DNA of 64,000 nucleotides from Desulfobacterales bacterium (GCA_040771865.1 JAXGZF010000005.1:124001-188000), one strand, 5' to 3'; positions 51,897 to 64,000 are shown, counted from the stretch's first letter. Notes: generated by a model from the sequence alone, not told the origin. Numbers and translations: made by a program.

Positions 51897-52871
51897 TCAG
51901 TCCGAAAAGCCGTTTTCCAGATAGGAGTTAAAATCCGACAACTCATTTTGAAAGAATTCCCGCATTTTTTTGATGATATTTTTCTCAACCTGTCGAACTC
52001 TTTCCCTGGAGATCCCGTGCCTTTCACCGATTTCCTGTAAAGTTGCCGGTGTGTCCGAAAAAATCCGCTGTTCGAAAATTTCAAGCTCTCGCGGCGTGAG
52101 CAGCTCTCGAAACTGGGCAATTTTCTCATATAAAAGCGAATCGATCTGCTTTTTAGCTACCTGTTGCTCTGCGGATTCCGCATCCGCACTTAAAAATTCG
52201 ATCCGTTCTGTATCCGAATCTTCTTTCAGCGGAGCATCGAGGGATACATCCCAGCTGTTAAGCCGCTGATCCATATCGACAACCTCCTGTTCCGTGACCC
52301 CCAGCCGCTGAGACAAGAGTTTGGGTTTGGGATCGAATCCCTGATCGATCAACCTTTGTTTTTCCTTTTTCAGCTTGAAAAACAACCTGCGTTGTGCCTG
52401 AGTGGTGCCGATCTTCACCATTCGCCAGTTGTCCATAATGAACTTCAGAATATAAGCCTTGATCCAGAATGAAGCGTAATAAGAAAATTTCACGTTTCTG
52501 TAAGGATCGAACTTGGAAGCCGCCTGCATCAGCCCGATATTTCCTTCCTGAATCAAATCCAGAAGATTCTGCATCCAGACTCTTTGAAACTCCAAAGCGA
52601 TTTTGACAACCAGCCGAAGATTGGCTGTCACCAGTCTGTAGGCGGCGTCCGAATCCGAATGTTCGCTCATTCGAACGGCCAGCTCGATTTCTTCTTCACG
52701 CGTTAAAAGCTTATACCGGCTGATTTCCATCAGATAGCGCTGAAGGGGGTCATATTTGACCAGCGCTGCTGCGTTCGAAGCGTTATTGCCGGCCGCCTCT
52801 TCGCTGTCTGGATGTCTTTCGCTTCCGGTTTTTTTTGAAATTCCGGGGCGCCTATTTTTCGGTGTTTTCAT
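51897..52871 (-). CDS. rpoH: RNA polymerase sigma-32 factor
   Basis: ANLRLVVKIA, DLIQEGNIGLM, RpoH box TTQAQRRLFFKL and ISRERVRQVE. Confidence 0.9.
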   Translation of the reverse strand: MKTPKNRRPGISKKTGSERHPDSEEAAGNNASNAAALVKYDPLQRYLMEISRYKLLTREEEIELAVRMSEHSDSDAAYRLVTANLRLVVKIALEFQRVWMQNLLDLIQEGNIGLMQAASKFDPYRNVKFSYYASFWIKAYILKFIMDNWRMVKIGTTQAQRRLFFKLKKEKQRLIDQGFDPKPKLLSQRLGVTEQEVVDMDQRLNSWDVSLDAPLKEDSDTERIEFLSADAESAEQQVAKKQIDSLLYEKIAQFRELLTPRELEIFEQRIFSDTPATLQEIGERHGISRERVRQVEKNIIKKMREFFQNELSDFNSYLENGFSD

Positions 52872-52972
52872 AACCAGCCTTTACAATCTTACAATCTTCG
52901 ACAGAGTGCCGGAGCGCTCTTTTCTATGGACATGCCGACGCACTTATGCTATTTGCAGCCCATCATTTGCAT

Positions 52973-53046
<74 letters not shown>

Positions 53047-53056
53047 CTCAAAAATC

Positions 53057-53087
53057 AAAGGGTTAGCTCAGGCTTGCTAACCCTTTT
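53057..53087 (+). terminator. Hairpin terminator after tRNA-Arg
   Basis: AAAGGGTTAGC-TCAGGCTT-GCTAACCCTTTT. Confidence 0.75.
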
Positions 53088-53439
53088 CCATTTAAGCCGC
53101 GATGCAATCAATCCGAAAGCCGGACTCCTACCCTGAGCTTTTACGAAAAAAGTTCATTGGGTTATTTGAACAAGTATATAACAAAAGTTTTGACAACCTC
53201 TCACGGAACTCCCAAACAGCAAGAAGGTACGGTGTACATTTTATAAAACATTATCTTAATCAGACCGCCTCAGTCAATCGCTAAACGCCTGTCATACTCA
53301 GAATAAAAATGAAAGACCCCTTGATCCACCATTTCCGGAAAAATCTCTGAAAAACATTATTCTGGATTCAACTTTTTTTTGTAAGTGCTTATATTGTTTT
53401 ATAAATATCTTATCCCTTATCCTTGGAAATTTCAAGCGA

Positions 53440-54165
53440 TCATGCAGTATATGATGAAGTTATATCGATTTCCAAAAGATCCTCCATAAAGGTCCAGCGA
53501 CCGGATACATCCGGAAATGTCAGCAGATTCTTGAGTTCGGACAGAAAGCTGGTGCGTGGAATTTCCCTCGCGCCAAGTCGCATCAGGTGATCGGATGCCA
53601 CCTGGCAATCTATCATGCCAAACTCCCTGCCTCTAAGATATTGGCACAAAGCAACCAGTGCCGCCTTGGAAGCGTTGTTGGCCCGTGAGAACATGGATTC
53701 ACCAAAAAAACACCGGCCCAGTGCCACACCATAAAGTCCCCCCATCAGTCTGGATTGCTGCCAGACCTCGATGGAATGAGCCAGTCCGCAATCAAAGAGA
53801 CGGTCGTAGGCCAGAATCATCTCCCGGTTCAGCCAGGTCGGATCACCGGTTTCAAGGCGAACCGCGGCGCATTGCCGGATCACACTGTGAAAAGCGCGGT
53901 CTGCCGTGACCTTGAAACGCCTGTGCCCGAGTTCCTTGCGCAGACTTCTGGATATGTGGATCTCATCTGGATACAGCACAAGCCTGGGATCCGGGGACCA
54001 CCACAGAATCGGGCTCCTTTCGGGGTACCAGGGGAATATTCCCTCTCGATAGGCATACAGCAGGCGTTCAGCGGTCAGGTCTCCACCGATTGCCAGAAGA
54101 CCGTCGGGTTCGGCAAGATGAACGGGCGGAAATGATATGGCGTCGGAGAGCAGAAAAACAGGCAT
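53440..54165 (-). CDS. aat: Leucyl/phenylalanyl-tRNA-protein transferase
   Basis: GLLAIGGDL, AYREGIFPW, WWSPDPR, GGLYGV, FFGESMFS and IDCQ. Confidence 0.95.
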   Translation of the reverse strand: MPVFLLSDAISFPPVHLAEPDGLLAIGGDLTAERLLYAYREGIFPWYPERSPILWWSPDPRLVLYPDEIHISRSLRKELGHRRFKVTADRAFHSVIRQCAAVRLETGDPTWLNREMILAYDRLFDCGLAHSIEVWQQSRLMGGLYGVALGRCFFGESMFSRANNASKAALVALCQYLRGREFGMIDCQVASDHLMRLGAREIPRTSFLSELKNLLTFPDVSGRWTFMEDLLEIDITSSYTA

Positions 54166-54172
54166 TCACCGC

Positions 54173-56407
54173 TCAGGTATACTGAAATTTGAGTGCGTCA
54201 TCCATCAGCTCGACTTCGACATTTCCGCCTTTTTCCAGCCGGCCGAAAAGAATCTCATTGGACAAGACATCGTTAATTTGAGTCTGGATAAGCCGTGACA
54301 GGGGTCTTGCTCCAAATTTCGGATCATAACCCTTTCTGGCCAGCCAGTTTCTCGCCTCCCGTGCAACTGTCAGATAAACCTTTCTGGCGGACAGTTGCAC
54401 ACTAAGCTGATTGAGAAATTTATCCACCACCCGCTTCATGACCTCGTGGCTCAAAGACTGAAAGGCGATGATGGCATCCAGGCGGTTTCGAAACTCGGGG
54501 CTGAAATATGCCTCAATCGCTTTTTCCCCCTTGGACAGGACATCCTTGGACTGTTCACGGAAACCGATGCTCGCTGAGGCGATCTCTCGGCTTCCCGCAT
54601 TGGATGTCATGATCAGAATCACATTTCGGAAATCGGCTTTCTTACCATTGTTATCCGTCAGCGTGGCATGATCCATCACCTGAAGCAAAATATTGAACAC
54701 ATCCGCATGCGCTTTTTCAATCTCATCCAGAAGCAATATGCTGTAAGGATGCTTACGAATGCCGTCGGTCAACAGCCCGCCCTGATCAAATCCGACATAG
54801 CCCGGCGGCGCGCCGATGAGCCTTGCCACCGCGTGTTTTTCCATATACTCGCTCATGTCGAATCGAATGAATTCAACGCCCATAATCTGTGCCAGCTGCC
54901 GGGCCACTTCGGTTTTGCCGACTCCGGTCGGACCCGTAAACAGGAATGATCCGACAGGCTTTTCCGGCTGGCCCAAACCGGCGCGAGAACGTTTGATGGC
55001 TGAAACCAGGGAGGCGATAGCGGGATTCTGGCCGAAAACCGCCTGCCTGAGTTCGTTTTCCAGATTTTCCAGACGCTGACGATCGGAAAGAGACACTCGA
55101 AGGGTTGGAATCCGGGCCATCTTGGCGACGATCAGCTCAATGTCGGAGGATCCGATTTTTTTGCGCCGCGAAGCACCGCTCAGACGAACAGAAGCACCTG
55201 CCTCGTCGATCACATCAATAGCTTTATCTGGAAGAAACCGGTCATGAATATATTTTGCGGACAATTCGCAGGCCGACCTCAGGGCCTGATCAGTGAATCG
55301 AATGCCGTGATGCTGTTCATACCGCTGACGCAGGCCCTTTAGAATTTTGAATGATTCTTCGACCGATGGTTCCAGAATCTCAATTTTTTCAAATCGACGG
55401 GAAAGGGCCCGGTCTTTTTCAAAATGGTTCTTGTATTCCTCGTAGGTGGTGGCGCCGATACAGCGAATCTCCCCGCTCGAAAGAAAGGGTTTTAAAATAT
55501 TGGCGGCATCCATCGACCCGCTGGACGTGGCGCCGGCTCCGACCAGCGTGTGAATCTCGTCAATAAAGAGAATGACATTTTCCCTTTTTTTAAGCTCAGA
55601 GATAACCCCTTTCAAGCGATGTTCAAAATCACCTCGAAATTTGGTGCCGGCCAGCATGCCGCCCAGGTCCAGGGAATATATCCTCATATTCCTGAGAAGG
55701 TCGGGAACCCGTCCCTCATGAATGCTGAGCGCAAGGCCTTCCGCCATGGCGGTCTTTCCGACTCCGGCTTCTCCGACGAAAACGGGGTTGTTCTTTCTGC
55801 GACGGCAGAGTACCTGAAGCGTGCGCTCCATCTCCAATTCACGACCGATCAAGGGATCAAGCTTTCCCATGGAAGCCATCAGCACCAGATCGGCGGTAAA
55901 AGACTCGATGAGATCGTTTTGTTCTTTTTTATCTACCCGGTCCAGTTTTCGGCCATCGGTTCCCAGCGGAGCGGAATCCGAACGCAATCCGTGAGAGATG
56001 TACTGCAAAACGTCCAGCCGGGTAATACCCTCTGCGCTGAGAAAGTATTCGGCATATGAATCTTTTTCCAGAAATATGGAGGCCAGAATATCGCCGACTT
56101 CCACCTGCTTTTTTTCGGCCGACCGAGCATGATTCAGCGCACGCTGAATGACGCGCTGAAAACCGACGGTCTGCTGAAGAACGTAATCGCTGTCATCGGG
56201 GATTCGCTCAAGCTGCTCGCCGAAAAAATGTTCCAGCGCGGATATCAGATTGTCTGCGTTGCCTCCGCAGTGCGCAATGATGAGCCTGCCTGCGGGATCA
56301 TGCAAAATGGCAAACAGCAGGTGCTCCACGCAGACATACTCGTTGCGGCGTTTTTTTGCCTCACTGACGGCAAAACCCAATGTGGCGCTCAATTCCTTAC
56401 TGATCAT
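54173..56407 (-). CDS. clpA: ATP-dependent Clp protease ATP-binding subunit ClpA
   Basis: Two AAA modules ([16 protein letters not shown]) and no middle domain; lies between clpS and aat; start MISKELS at 56407. Confidence 0.95.
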   Translation of the reverse strand: MISKELSATLGFAVSEAKKRRNEYVCVEHLLFAILHDPAGRLIIAHCGGNADNLISALEHFFGEQLERIPDDSDYVLQQTVGFQRVIQRALNHARSAEKKQVEVGDILASIFLEKDSYAEYFLSAEGITRLDVLQYISHGLRSDSAPLGTDGRKLDRVDKKEQNDLIESFTADLVLMASMGKLDPLIGRELEMERTLQVLCRRRKNNPVFVGEAGVGKTAMAEGLALSIHEGRVPDLLRNMRIYSLDLGGMLAGTKFRGDFEHRLKGVISELKKRENVILFIDEIHTLVGAGATSSGSMDAANILKPFLSSGEIRCIGATTYEEYKNHFEKDRALSRRFEKIEILEPSVEESFKILKGLRQRYEQHHGIRFTDQALRSACELSAKYIHDRFLPDKAIDVIDEAGASVRLSGASRRKKIGSSDIELIVAKMARIPTLRVSLSDRQRLENLENELRQAVFGQNPAIASLVSAIKRSRAGLGQPEKPVGSFLFTGPTGVGKTEVARQLAQIMGVEFIRFDMSEYMEKHAVARLIGAPPGYVGFDQGGLLTDGIRKHPYSILLLDEIEKAHADVFNILLQVMDHATLTDNNGKKADFRNVILIMTSNAGSREIASASIGFREQSKDVLSKGEKAIEAYFSPEFRNRLDAIIAFQSLSHEVMKRVVDKFLNQLSVQLSARKVYLTVAREARNWLARKGYDPKFGARPLSRLIQTQINDVLSNEILFGRLEKGGNVEVELMDDALKFQYT

Positions 56408-56411
56408 TGTC

Positions 56412-56726
56412 TTACGCTCTCTCCACGGCGCATTGAAGCGGGAACCCCTTTTCCCGTGCAAGCGCATGGACCAAATTGGCTTTGGTTTCGGCGACCTCTC
56501 TGGGATAAATCCCGCATAATCCAGCCCCCTGGCGATGAACCGACAGCATAATTTTCATCGCCTCTTCCAGCGGCTTTTGGAATATATGAATCAACACCTG
56601 AACCACAAACTCCATCGTCGTATAGTCGTCGTTAAGCAGAATCACTTTATATTGGAAAGGCTCTGCGATCTTCTTGCGTGTTCGGGTTGAAATATTTTCC
56701 TGAAGGTCGGCATTAACAGGCGACAT
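56412..56726 (-). CDS. clpS: Clp protease adaptor ClpS
   Basis: YKVILLNDDYTTMEFVV, MLSVHRQG, AETK and GFPL. Confidence 0.96.
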   Translation of the reverse strand: MSPVNADLQENISTRTRKKIAEPFQYKVILLNDDYTTMEFVVQVLIHIFQKPLEEAMKIMLSVHRQGAGLCGIYPREVAETKANLVHALAREKGFPLQCAVERA

Positions 56727-56937
56727 CCATTATCCTCTACACACAGATCCGGAATGAAACTTGGCTTCCGCCCGGAATCAAAAAGCCGGTTGCAGTTCCA
56801 TCATAAACTCCATTCCCGGAGAGGACTCGGCGATGTATAATTACGCCCAAGTCCATTTTTTAATAAATATAAACACTCTCCCGGGAATTTGTAAAGAATC
56901 GCATTCGGGTGCAGAATAAAATTTACCGGTCGGCCCC

Positions 56938-59460
56938 TTACTGACCGCAACATTTCTTGTATTTTTTACCGCTGCCGCAAGGGCAGGGATCGTTTCTTCC
57001 GACCTTGGACTCGTCGCGCCGAGCCGGCTGCTTTCTGGCAGAGCCTTCACCATGAGAAAAAACGAGGTTCTGATCATCGGGCTTCCGCAATTCGTCCATT
57101 TCCGTGGGTTTGACCGGCTGAACGCGCGCCAGTATGCCAACGGTCTGTTCCTGGATTTTGGACACCATCTCCTGAAACATCTCAAAACCTTCTTTTTTAT
57201 ATGCGATGAGCGGATTCTGTTGCGCGTACCCTCTCAAACCGATCCCCTCCTTGAGATGATCCATATTCAACAGGTGGTCTTTCCAGAGATTGTCCACGCA
57301 TTGAAGCATCACAAACCGCTCCAGGCGCCTGAACTCATCGAAACCGATCTGCCGCTCTTTTTCTTCATAGCGCTCGACGGCCGCATCAAAGATCAGATCC
57401 GCCAGATTTTCCGCGTCAAGATTCTCCAGCCGGCTTTCATCAATCGTCAGACGAAAGTTGAACTGATCGAAGACAGAATCGGCCAGTAATTTTAAATCCC
57501 ACGGTTCGCCCGGTGAATTTTCTCCGGCGATCCTGTCGGCAATGTTTTCGGCCCGTTCACGAATCATTTCCATAATGGAAGGCTTCAGGCTTTCCTCGCA
57601 GAGGATCTCGCGCCGTTGCTGATAGATCACTTCCCGCTGCTGGTTCATCACGTCGTCGTATTCGAGAATATGCTTCCGTATATCAAAATTGTGACCCTCC
57701 ACCCGGCGCTGCGCATTTTCAATCGCCTTGCTGATCAAACCGTGTTCAATGGGTTCACCTTCCTGCATACCGAGTTTTTCCATGATCATGGTCATGCGTT
57801 CCCCGCCGAAAATTCTCAGCAGATCATCTTCAAGGGAAAGATAGAACCGCGAGGACCCCGGATCACCCTGCCGCCCGGATCGCCCGCGAAGCTGGTTGTC
57901 GATGCGTCGGCTCTCGTGCCGCTCGGTTCCGAGAATGTGAAGCCCGCCCAGATCGGTAACCCTTTCACCCAGAACGATATCGGTTCCACGGCCCGCCATG
58001 TTGGTTGAAATCGTCACCGATCCCTTCTGACCCGCCATGGATACGATTTCCGCTTCGGCTTCGTGGTTTTTGGCGTTTAGCACCGAATGGGCGATGCCCC
58101 TGCGCTTGAGCTTCAGACTCAGGGCCTCCGAAACGTCAATGGATACGGTTCCCACCAGAACCGGCTGCCCTTTGGCGTGAAGCTGTTCGATTTCATCGAG
58201 CGCCGCTTCGTATTTTTCCCGCTTCGTTTTGTAGATCACGTCCGGAAAATCCTTGCGAATCATGGGCATATTTGGCGGAATGACAACCACATCCAGATTA
58301 TATATCTTTTTGAACTCCGCCGCCTCGGTATCGGCCGTACCGGTCATGCCGGCCAGTTTCTCATACATGCGGAAGTAATTCTGAAAGGTAATCGTCGCCA
58401 GAGTCTGGTTTTCGTTTTCGATTTTCACATTTTCCTTGGCTTCCAGCGCCTGATGCAATCCGTCGCTGTAACGCCTTCCGGGCATCAGACGGCCGGTAAA
58501 CTCATCAACAATGATCACCTCGCCATTTTTTACGATATAGTCCACATCGCATTTGAACAGGGTATGCGCCTTGAGCGCCTGGTTGACATGATGCAGTGTC
58601 TCCATATTCTTGGGGTCAAACAGGTTGTCGACCTGAAGCGCTTCCTCTGTTCTGGCAACGCCCTCTTCGGTCAGCGTTACCGTTCTGGCCTTCTCGTCAA
58701 TAACGTAGTCCCTTTCCGATTTCAGCCTTGGAATGATGCCGTTGACCGCATAATACAGATGGGTGGATTTTTCCGCCGGTCCTGAAATGATCAGGGGGGT
58801 TCTCGCCTCATCGATCAGAATGCTGTCAACCTCGTCGACAATGGCGTAATGCAGAGGCCGTTGCACGAGGGAGTCCTTGTCAAATTTCATGTTGTCGCGC
58901 AGATAATCAAATCCGAACTCATTGTTGGTGCCGTAGGTAATATCCGCTCCATAGGCCTTCTTTCTCTCGGAATCATTTAATCCATGCACGATGCAGTCCA
59001 CCGTCAGGCCGAGAAAGCGATAGATCTGGCCCATCCATTCTGTGTCTCTTCGGGCCAGGTAATCATTGACGGTTACCACATGGACGCCTTTGCCCGTCAG
59101 GGCGTTTAAATACGCGGGCAGTGTGGCCACCAGCGTTTTGCCCTCGCCGGTTTTCATTTCCGATATTTTTCCCTGATGCAGCACCATCCCCCCGATGAGC
59201 TGAACGTCAAAATGACGCATATGCAGGGTTCGAAGGGAGGCCTCCCTGACAACTGCAAAGGCTTCAGACAGTATGTTTTCCAGAGGCTCTTCATTTTCGA
59301 GCCGCTGTTTGAAATCCGCGGTCAGTCCCCTTAATGCCTCATCATTCATAGCCTTGATGCCGGGTTCCAAGGCGTTGATTTTCTCAACCAGGGGCTTGAG
59401 TTTCTTCAACTCTCTTTCATTTTTGCTTCCAAATACTTTGGTTAACAGGTTTAAAAGCAT
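56938..59460 (-). CDS. secA: Preprotein translocase subunit SecA
   Basis: [38 protein letters not shown] and SEC-C motif [18 protein letters not shown]. Confidence 0.98.
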   Translation of the reverse strand: MLLNLLTKVFGSKNERELKKLKPLVEKINALEPGIKAMNDEALRGLTADFKQRLENEEPLENILSEAFAVVREASLRTLHMRHFDVQLIGGMVLHQGKISEMKTGEGKTLVATLPAYLNALTGKGVHVVTVNDYLARRDTEWMGQIYRFLGLTVDCIVHGLNDSERKKAYGADITYGTNNEFGFDYLRDNMKFDKDSLVQRPLHYAIVDEVDSILIDEARTPLIISGPAEKSTHLYYAVNGIIPRLKSERDYVIDEKARTVTLTEEGVARTEEALQVDNLFDPKNMETLHHVNQALKAHTLFKCDVDYIVKNGEVIIVDEFTGRLMPGRRYSDGLHQALEAKENVKIENENQTLATITFQNYFRMYEKLAGMTGTADTEAAEFKKIYNLDVVVIPPNMPMIRKDFPDVIYKTKREKYEAALDEIEQLHAKGQPVLVGTVSIDVSEALSLKLKRRGIAHSVLNAKNHEAEAEIVSMAGQKGSVTISTNMAGRGTDIVLGERVTDLGGLHILGTERHESRRIDNQLRGRSGRQGDPGSSRFYLSLEDDLLRIFGGERMTMIMEKLGMQEGEPIEHGLISKAIENAQRRVEGHNFDIRKHILEYDDVMNQQREVIYQQRREILCEESLKPSIMEMIRERAENIADRIAGENSPGEPWDLKLLADSVFDQFNFRLTIDESRLENLDAENLADLIFDAAVERYEEKERQIGFDEFRRLERFVMLQCVDNLWKDHLLNMDHLKEGIGLRGYAQQNPLIAYKKEGFEMFQEMVSKIQEQTVGILARVQPVKPTEMDELRKPDDQNLVFSHGEGSARKQPARRDESKVGRNDPCPCGSGKKYKKCCGQ

Positions 59461-59710
59461 TTTTGATCTTATCCTCCGCCACCTATTTCAACCTGCTGAG
59501 AATTTTTTATAAAACGACGAATTTTGAATCCATCTGACTTAAAAACTGTGCTTGACGAATGCTTTTCAGGCTAACACAAGCTTTATCGGAATTCCACCGG
59601 ATACTTTATAAAATCTTTTGTTTCGGAGTTGTAATTCTTGACCGCAAATCAGGGATTAATTGATCATCATCAGGAATGGCTGAACAACCGGAGAGCAATG
59701 AGCGAAGGGT

Positions 59711-60637
59711 TTAATTTAAAACGTATTTCTTCGGGTTTACGGGAATTCCGTTCAGATGAACCTCGTAATGGACATGCGGGCCGGTACTGCGACCGGTGCT
59801 GCCGACCAGGGCGATAACCTCGTTGCGCTTGACGGCATCTCCCCGTTTTTTAAGCAGCTTCTTTGCGTGTGCGTATTGGGTGACCACGCCATGACCGTGG
59901 TCGATCACGATGAGGTTTCCCCAGAATCCCTTGGTTCCTGAAAAAGTCACGATTCCGGCGGCAGTTGCAATAATGGGAGTTCCAGATGGAGCAGAAATAT
60001 CCAATCCCTTGTGAAACTCTCTCAAGTCGTTAAATGGAGATTTTCGATATCCGAAACCAGACGAAATCCTTCCGGATATGGGAAAGACCGAAGGGGTGGA
60101 TGCCAGTGTCGTCCGCTGGTCTTCAAGATATTTCAGAAGATCTTCGAATTCGTCATGTTGCACTCTTGAGGTCTGATCCAATACCTTTATCTGTTCGTGC
60201 ATCTCCCGAACCAGCTGATTGTGCTTGTCAGACAAAGCGATGCTGGTGTCCAGATCTTCGGGCGCCGGCCCGCCCATGCCAAAAATGCTGCCCGGCTTTT
60301 CGGATTGTTTCATTTTGGACAAATCGCGTACTTTTTTTTCAAGGCTGGAGAGTTCGATGAGACGGGATTTTAATGAATTGATGTCGTTTGCAAAACGTTG
60401 AATCTGCTCGCGCTGATTTAGAATTTCTTCTCTCTGACTGGCAACCGTATCTTTCAGCGTAAGACTCCGGAAGGAAACCCGCTTTAGATGCCAATAATCC
60501 CAGAACATATATCCGGATACAACGAGAAGGACGCTGGCTGCCATTGCAAAGAAAAACATCTGCTTTAGCGATACGGCAAAACGTTTTGAACAGGATCCAG
60601 TATGGCTCAGCGCAAAAAATGTAATTTTCTTTTGCAT
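59711..60637 (-). CDS. M23 family metallopeptidase with TM anchor and coiled coil
   Basis: HKGLD, YAH and GRSTGPHVHYEV; likely start MQKK at 60637. Confidence 0.9.
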   Translation of the reverse strand: MQKKITFFALSHTGSCSKRFAVSLKQMFFFAMAASVLLVVSGYMFWDYWHLKRVSFRSLTLKDTVASQREEILNQREQIQRFANDINSLKSRLIELSSLEKKVRDLSKMKQSEKPGSIFGMGGPAPEDLDTSIALSDKHNQLVREMHEQIKVLDQTSRVQHDEFEDLLKYLEDQRTTLASTPSVFPISGRISSGFGYRKSPFNDLREFHKGLDISAPSGTPIIATAAGIVTFSGTKGFWGNLIVIDHGHGVVTQYAHAKKLLKKRGDAVKRNEVIALVGSTGRSTGPHVHYEVHLNGIPVNPKKYVLN

Positions 60638-61315
60638 ATCCACTCGGCAGAAATCAATCAACAACTACTTGATAACAAAAGAGATTAACTATATCCGGCA
60701 TGTTTTAAACAATGGCTATGCAACAAAATTTTTGCTTTAATACCACATAACGAATTGTCCTGTCAAGACCGGAATCGCCATAAAAGGATCTTATTGATTT
60801 TACTCGCTAAAATATAAAACATCAACTTTGCCGTTCAACTTCGAGCCGGACGGAAACTTTAATGCAGAAAACCGAATCCGGCATCGTGAAAGCGGACAGC
60901 CATGTTTCGAGACATTTATCGCTTGGACAATAAAAAAACAGCGTTCTTAGAAAAAAAATTCGACACCGGAAGCGTGTTACAAAAACACATGAAAACTTCA
61001 TTCAAAATTTCAAGGTGATCGGCCTGCTGTTTATTGAGGGCGGGTTATCTATGGCAAGCGGGTTGCCTGAGAATGCAGGAGACCATGAATATTCTTATCA
61101 CTGGTGCAGGGAAATCAAAGCGCCGAACATGGATCGGGCGAGGAGGCAGCCCGGCGTTCAAAAAAGCGAATATATTTATCTCTTTGAAATTATTAAAATA
61201 TATCGCTTGCTTTATTCCGTGAATTTTGGTAACAACGCCGTGAACAATTACAAGATTACCGGCCGAGGTTGTTTTATTGGGGAATTCCGCCAGACATTGA
61301 CAGGAGTTATGCTGA

Positions 61316-63832
61316 GTGACTGAACAGCAGAATTTCAAAGATTTTGAAAAAAGCGTGAACGAGCGGTCGTCCGAATTCAGGCAAACCATTCTGGACCAGA
61401 TTTTTCTTATCTTCCTTACCATCCCGGACGAAGAGATGTATGGACAGGTTCTGGATATTATTCTTCAGGCGACGAAGAGCGGGTTCGGAATTTTCGGATA
61501 TATCGGCGAAAACGGCGACCTCGTTATTCCCAGCCTGACCAAAGATATCTGGACGGCCTGCCGCGTAGCCGACAAGTCCATCGTCTTTCCGGCCGATGCC
61601 TGGGGCGAGAGCCTCTGGGGAAAGGCTGTCCGGGAGCGGAAGCCCTTTATTTCAGACGGTCCTTTCAACATTCCAAAGGGCCATATTCGAATTGAAAATT
61701 TTTTAACTTCCCCGATTGTTTTCGGAGAAAAGACCATCGGGCTGACCTCCGTTGCCAACAAGGAAGGCGGGTATACGGAGGAGGATAAGGAGTTTCTGGC
61801 CGTAATCGGCAATCGCATTTCGCCCATTCTCAACGCCAGGCTGCAACGGGATATTGAGGAGCGGGAGCGCAGGCGGGCTGAGGATGCTCTGCGACAGAGC
61901 GAGGCGACGCTTCGAAGCATGTTCGAAATGGCGCCGGTGGGTCTGTCCATCATGAAAGACCGTGTTTATGAGCGCGCAAACAAAACCTGGTACGACGCTT
62001 TCGGCTATTCTGAGTTCGACATGATCGGGCACACAACACGGATGCTGTACGAAAATGAAGCGGAATATGAACGGGTAGGCCGGGAGTTGTACGCAGATCT
62101 TCCGGGACGCGGTCTGGCTTCCGTCCAAACAAGGCTTCGCCGAAAAGACGGCGTTTTTCGGGATGTTGTCTTGACAGCCGCGCCGCTCGAATCGATGGAT
62201 TCCTCTTTCAGAGCGATCATCGCGATTCAGGATATTACCGAACTCAAACAAATTGGGGAAGAATTGAGAGAGAGCCGCAGACAGCTCTCGGATATTATCG
62301 AGTTTTTGCCCGACGCCACTTTTGTCATCGACAAGATGAGCAGGGTTATTGCCTGGAACCGGGCCATAGAGGTTATGACCGGAATCAAAAAGGAGAATAT
62401 GCTCGGCAGGGGAAACTACGAATATGCGCTGCCTTTTTATGGGGAAAGAAGACCCATTCTGATCGATCTTGCCCTGAAAACGGATCGGAACATTGAAAAA
62501 CAGTACACGGCCATTCAAAGAGGTGAAGACATGATCTTCGGCGAATCCTTTACCCCGAACCTGATGACCGGAGATATTCACCTTTCTGCAACTGCATCGG
62601 TTCTCCGTGATTCCCGGGGAGAGGTTATCGCTGCGATCGAATGCATACGAGACAATACGGAGCGTAAAAGACTTGAGGAGCGTCTGAACCGGGCAGAGAA
62701 AATGGAAGCGCTGGGAACGCTTGCCGGCGGCGTGGCTCACGATCTCAATAATATTCTGGGGGTTCTGACGGGATATTCCGAATTGCTTATAGATAAACTG
62801 CCCTGGGACAGCCCTCTGAGACGTTATGCCGAAAACATTCTGAATTCCGGAATGAGGGGCGCTGCCATCATTGAGGACCTCCTGACGCTGGCCAGAAGGG
62901 GAGTGAACGTTTCTGAAGTCGTGGATCTGAACAGAATTATTTCAGGCTATCTTAAAACACCGGAGTTTGAGGGGTTGAAATTCCATCACCCGGATGTGAA
63001 TATTCGGGCCGAGATGGATGATAACCTTTTAAGAATCAAGGGGTCGCCCGTTCATCTGGGCAAAACGCTGATGAACCTGGTCTCTAACGCCGCAGAGGCG
63101 ATATCGGGCAGCGGAGAGGTAAGGATTCGAACAAAGAACCGCTATCTGGATCAGCCCATACAGGGATATGACGAGGTCAGGGAGGGAGATTACGTGGTTT
63201 TGACGGTTTCCGACACGGGCAGAGGAATATCCGTCAGAGACCGGACCAAGATCTTCGAGCCCTTCTATACCAAGAAGGTGATGGGAAGAAGCGGAACAGG
63301 CCTGGGACTGACCGTGGTATGGGGCACGGTAAAGGATCACGAGGGGTATATAGATGTTCGAAGCGAAGAGGACAAGGGAAGCGAATTCATGCTCTATTTT
63401 CCCGTTACCCGTGAGGACAAGGGGGATATTGAAACAAACGTGCCTTTTGACGATATTCTGGGCGATGGTGAATCCATTCTGGTGGTGGATGATGTGAAGG
63501 AACAGCGCGAACTGGCGGTGAGCATGCTGGAACGGCTCGGATATCGGGTCGAGGCGGCGGCCGGAGGGGAAGCGGCGATTGAATACCTCAAAAACAGAAA
63601 AATCGATCTGATGGTTCTGGATATGATCATGGAGCCCGGAATAGACGGACTGGAAACCTATGAAAAGGCCCTTGAAATTAATCCCGGCCAAAAGGCGATC
63701 ATCGTCAGCGGCTTTTCTGAGACGGAGCGGGTCAGAAAGACCCAGGAATTGGGCGCCGGGGAATTTGTCCGCAAGCCCTATATTCTGGAGAAAATCGGTC
63801 TGGCGATTCGAAAGGAACTGGACCGAAAATAG
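61316..63832 (+). CDS. Hybrid sensor histidine kinase (GAF-PAS-PAS-HisKA-HATPase-REC)
   Basis: GTG start with SD AGGAG; GGVAHDLNN, NLVSNAAEA, DTGRG, FEPFYTKK, GTGLGL; receiver LVVDD...LDMIM...KP. Confidence 0.92.
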   Translation: MTEQQNFKDFEKSVNERSSEFRQTILDQIFLIFLTIPDEEMYGQVLDIILQATKSGFGIFGYIGENGDLVIPSLTKDIWTACRVADKSIVFPADAWGESLWGKAVRERKPFISDGPFNIPKGHIRIENFLTSPIVFGEKTIGLTSVANKEGGYTEEDKEFLAVIGNRISPILNARLQRDIEERERRRAEDALRQSEATLRSMFEMAPVGLSIMKDRVYERANKTWYDAFGYSEFDMIGHTTRMLYENEAEYERVGRELYADLPGRGLASVQTRLRRKDGVFRDVVLTAAPLESMDSSFRAIIAIQDITELKQIGEELRESRRQLSDIIEFLPDATFVIDKMSRVIAWNRAIEVMTGIKKENMLGRGNYEYALPFYGERRPILIDLALKTDRNIEKQYTAIQRGEDMIFGESFTPNLMTGDIHLSATASVLRDSRGEVIAAIECIRDNTERKRLEERLNRAEKMEALGTLAGGVAHDLNNILGVLTGYSELLIDKLPWDSPLRRYAENILNSGMRGAAIIEDLLTLARRGVNVSEVVDLNRIISGYLKTPEFEGLKFHHPDVNIRAEMDDNLLRIKGSPVHLGKTLMNLVSNAAEAISGSGEVRIRTKNRYLDQPIQGYDEVREGDYVVLTVSDTGRGISVRDRTKIFEPFYTKKVMGRSGTGLGLTVVWGTVKDHEGYIDVRSEEDKGSEFMLYFPVTREDKGDIETNVPFDDILGDGESILVVDDVKEQRELAVSMLERLGYRVEAAAGGEAAIEYLKNRKIDLMVLDMIMEPGIDGLETYEKALEINPGQKAIIVSGFSETERVRKTQELGAGEFVRKPYILEKIGLAIRKELDRK

Positions 63833-64000
63833 GCAGTAAAAATTCCATCAGCACAATTTCAAGGTTGCACGTTCGCAAAAGCAACATGGCTTGGCGGTTT
63901 GATTTCATTTTTTTTGGAAAATGGGGAAGATTTAACCTGGCGCCGACATTGACTGCGCTTGTTGCGACGGCGATCCAGGAAGGGCTGAAACATATGGATT

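Noticed and set aside
53440..56726. clpS-clpA-aat cluster as a novel system
   Set aside because: This is the well-known N-degron pathway operon.
61309..61323. Mini-ORF MLSD* overlapping the kinase start
   Set aside because: The SD AGGAG is only 2 nt from this ATG but 9 nt from the kinase GTG, so it serves the kinase.
61703..63691. Minus-strand ORFs of 345 and 220 aa
   Set aside because: Antisense to the hybrid histidine kinase; no motifs.

Overview
A bacterial chromosome segment, most likely from a sulfate-reducing Desulfobacterota (Desulfobacterales-like; inferred from gene content and order). The left half (1-31.9 kb) is accessory-like. It holds an acyl-CoA dehydrogenase-etfB-etfA operon, an MFS transporter, several hypothetical genes and a four-gene surface-glycan tailoring module (GINT1-like propeller, secreted beta-helix protein, AlgI-like MBOAT, SGNH partner). 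It also holds a complete Lap-type biofilm adhesin locus: a ~9.25 kb RTX adhesin with a retention module, 5 Ig-like and 11 Calx-beta tandem repeats and two vWA domains, a LuxR-type regulator, the LapC/LapB/LapE type I secretion system, the LapD/LapG c-di-GMP release switch and a small uncharacterised gene. Frameshifts cluster in the adhesin repeats and in the lapB 5' end to lapD stretch; these are either assembly errors or real decay. The locus ends at tRNA-Leu(TAA). The right half is housekeeping: maf, yggS, queH, an M48 protease, a GAF-fused PilB/GspE ATPase, paaK-ACT, amiC, mutS, HIT/UPF0280/HD/Mut7-C genes, rpoH, tRNA-Arg(TCT), aat-clpA-clpS, secA, an M23 peptidase and a hybrid histidine kinase. 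The most notable unannotated signals are a candidate Phe-sensing leader-peptide attenuator upstream of paaK-ACT, a palindromic operator upstream of the adhesin that could serve the locus-encoded pseudo-receiver LuxR protein, and the small gene embedded between lapB and lapD. All family assignments are by motif recognition; no searches were run.
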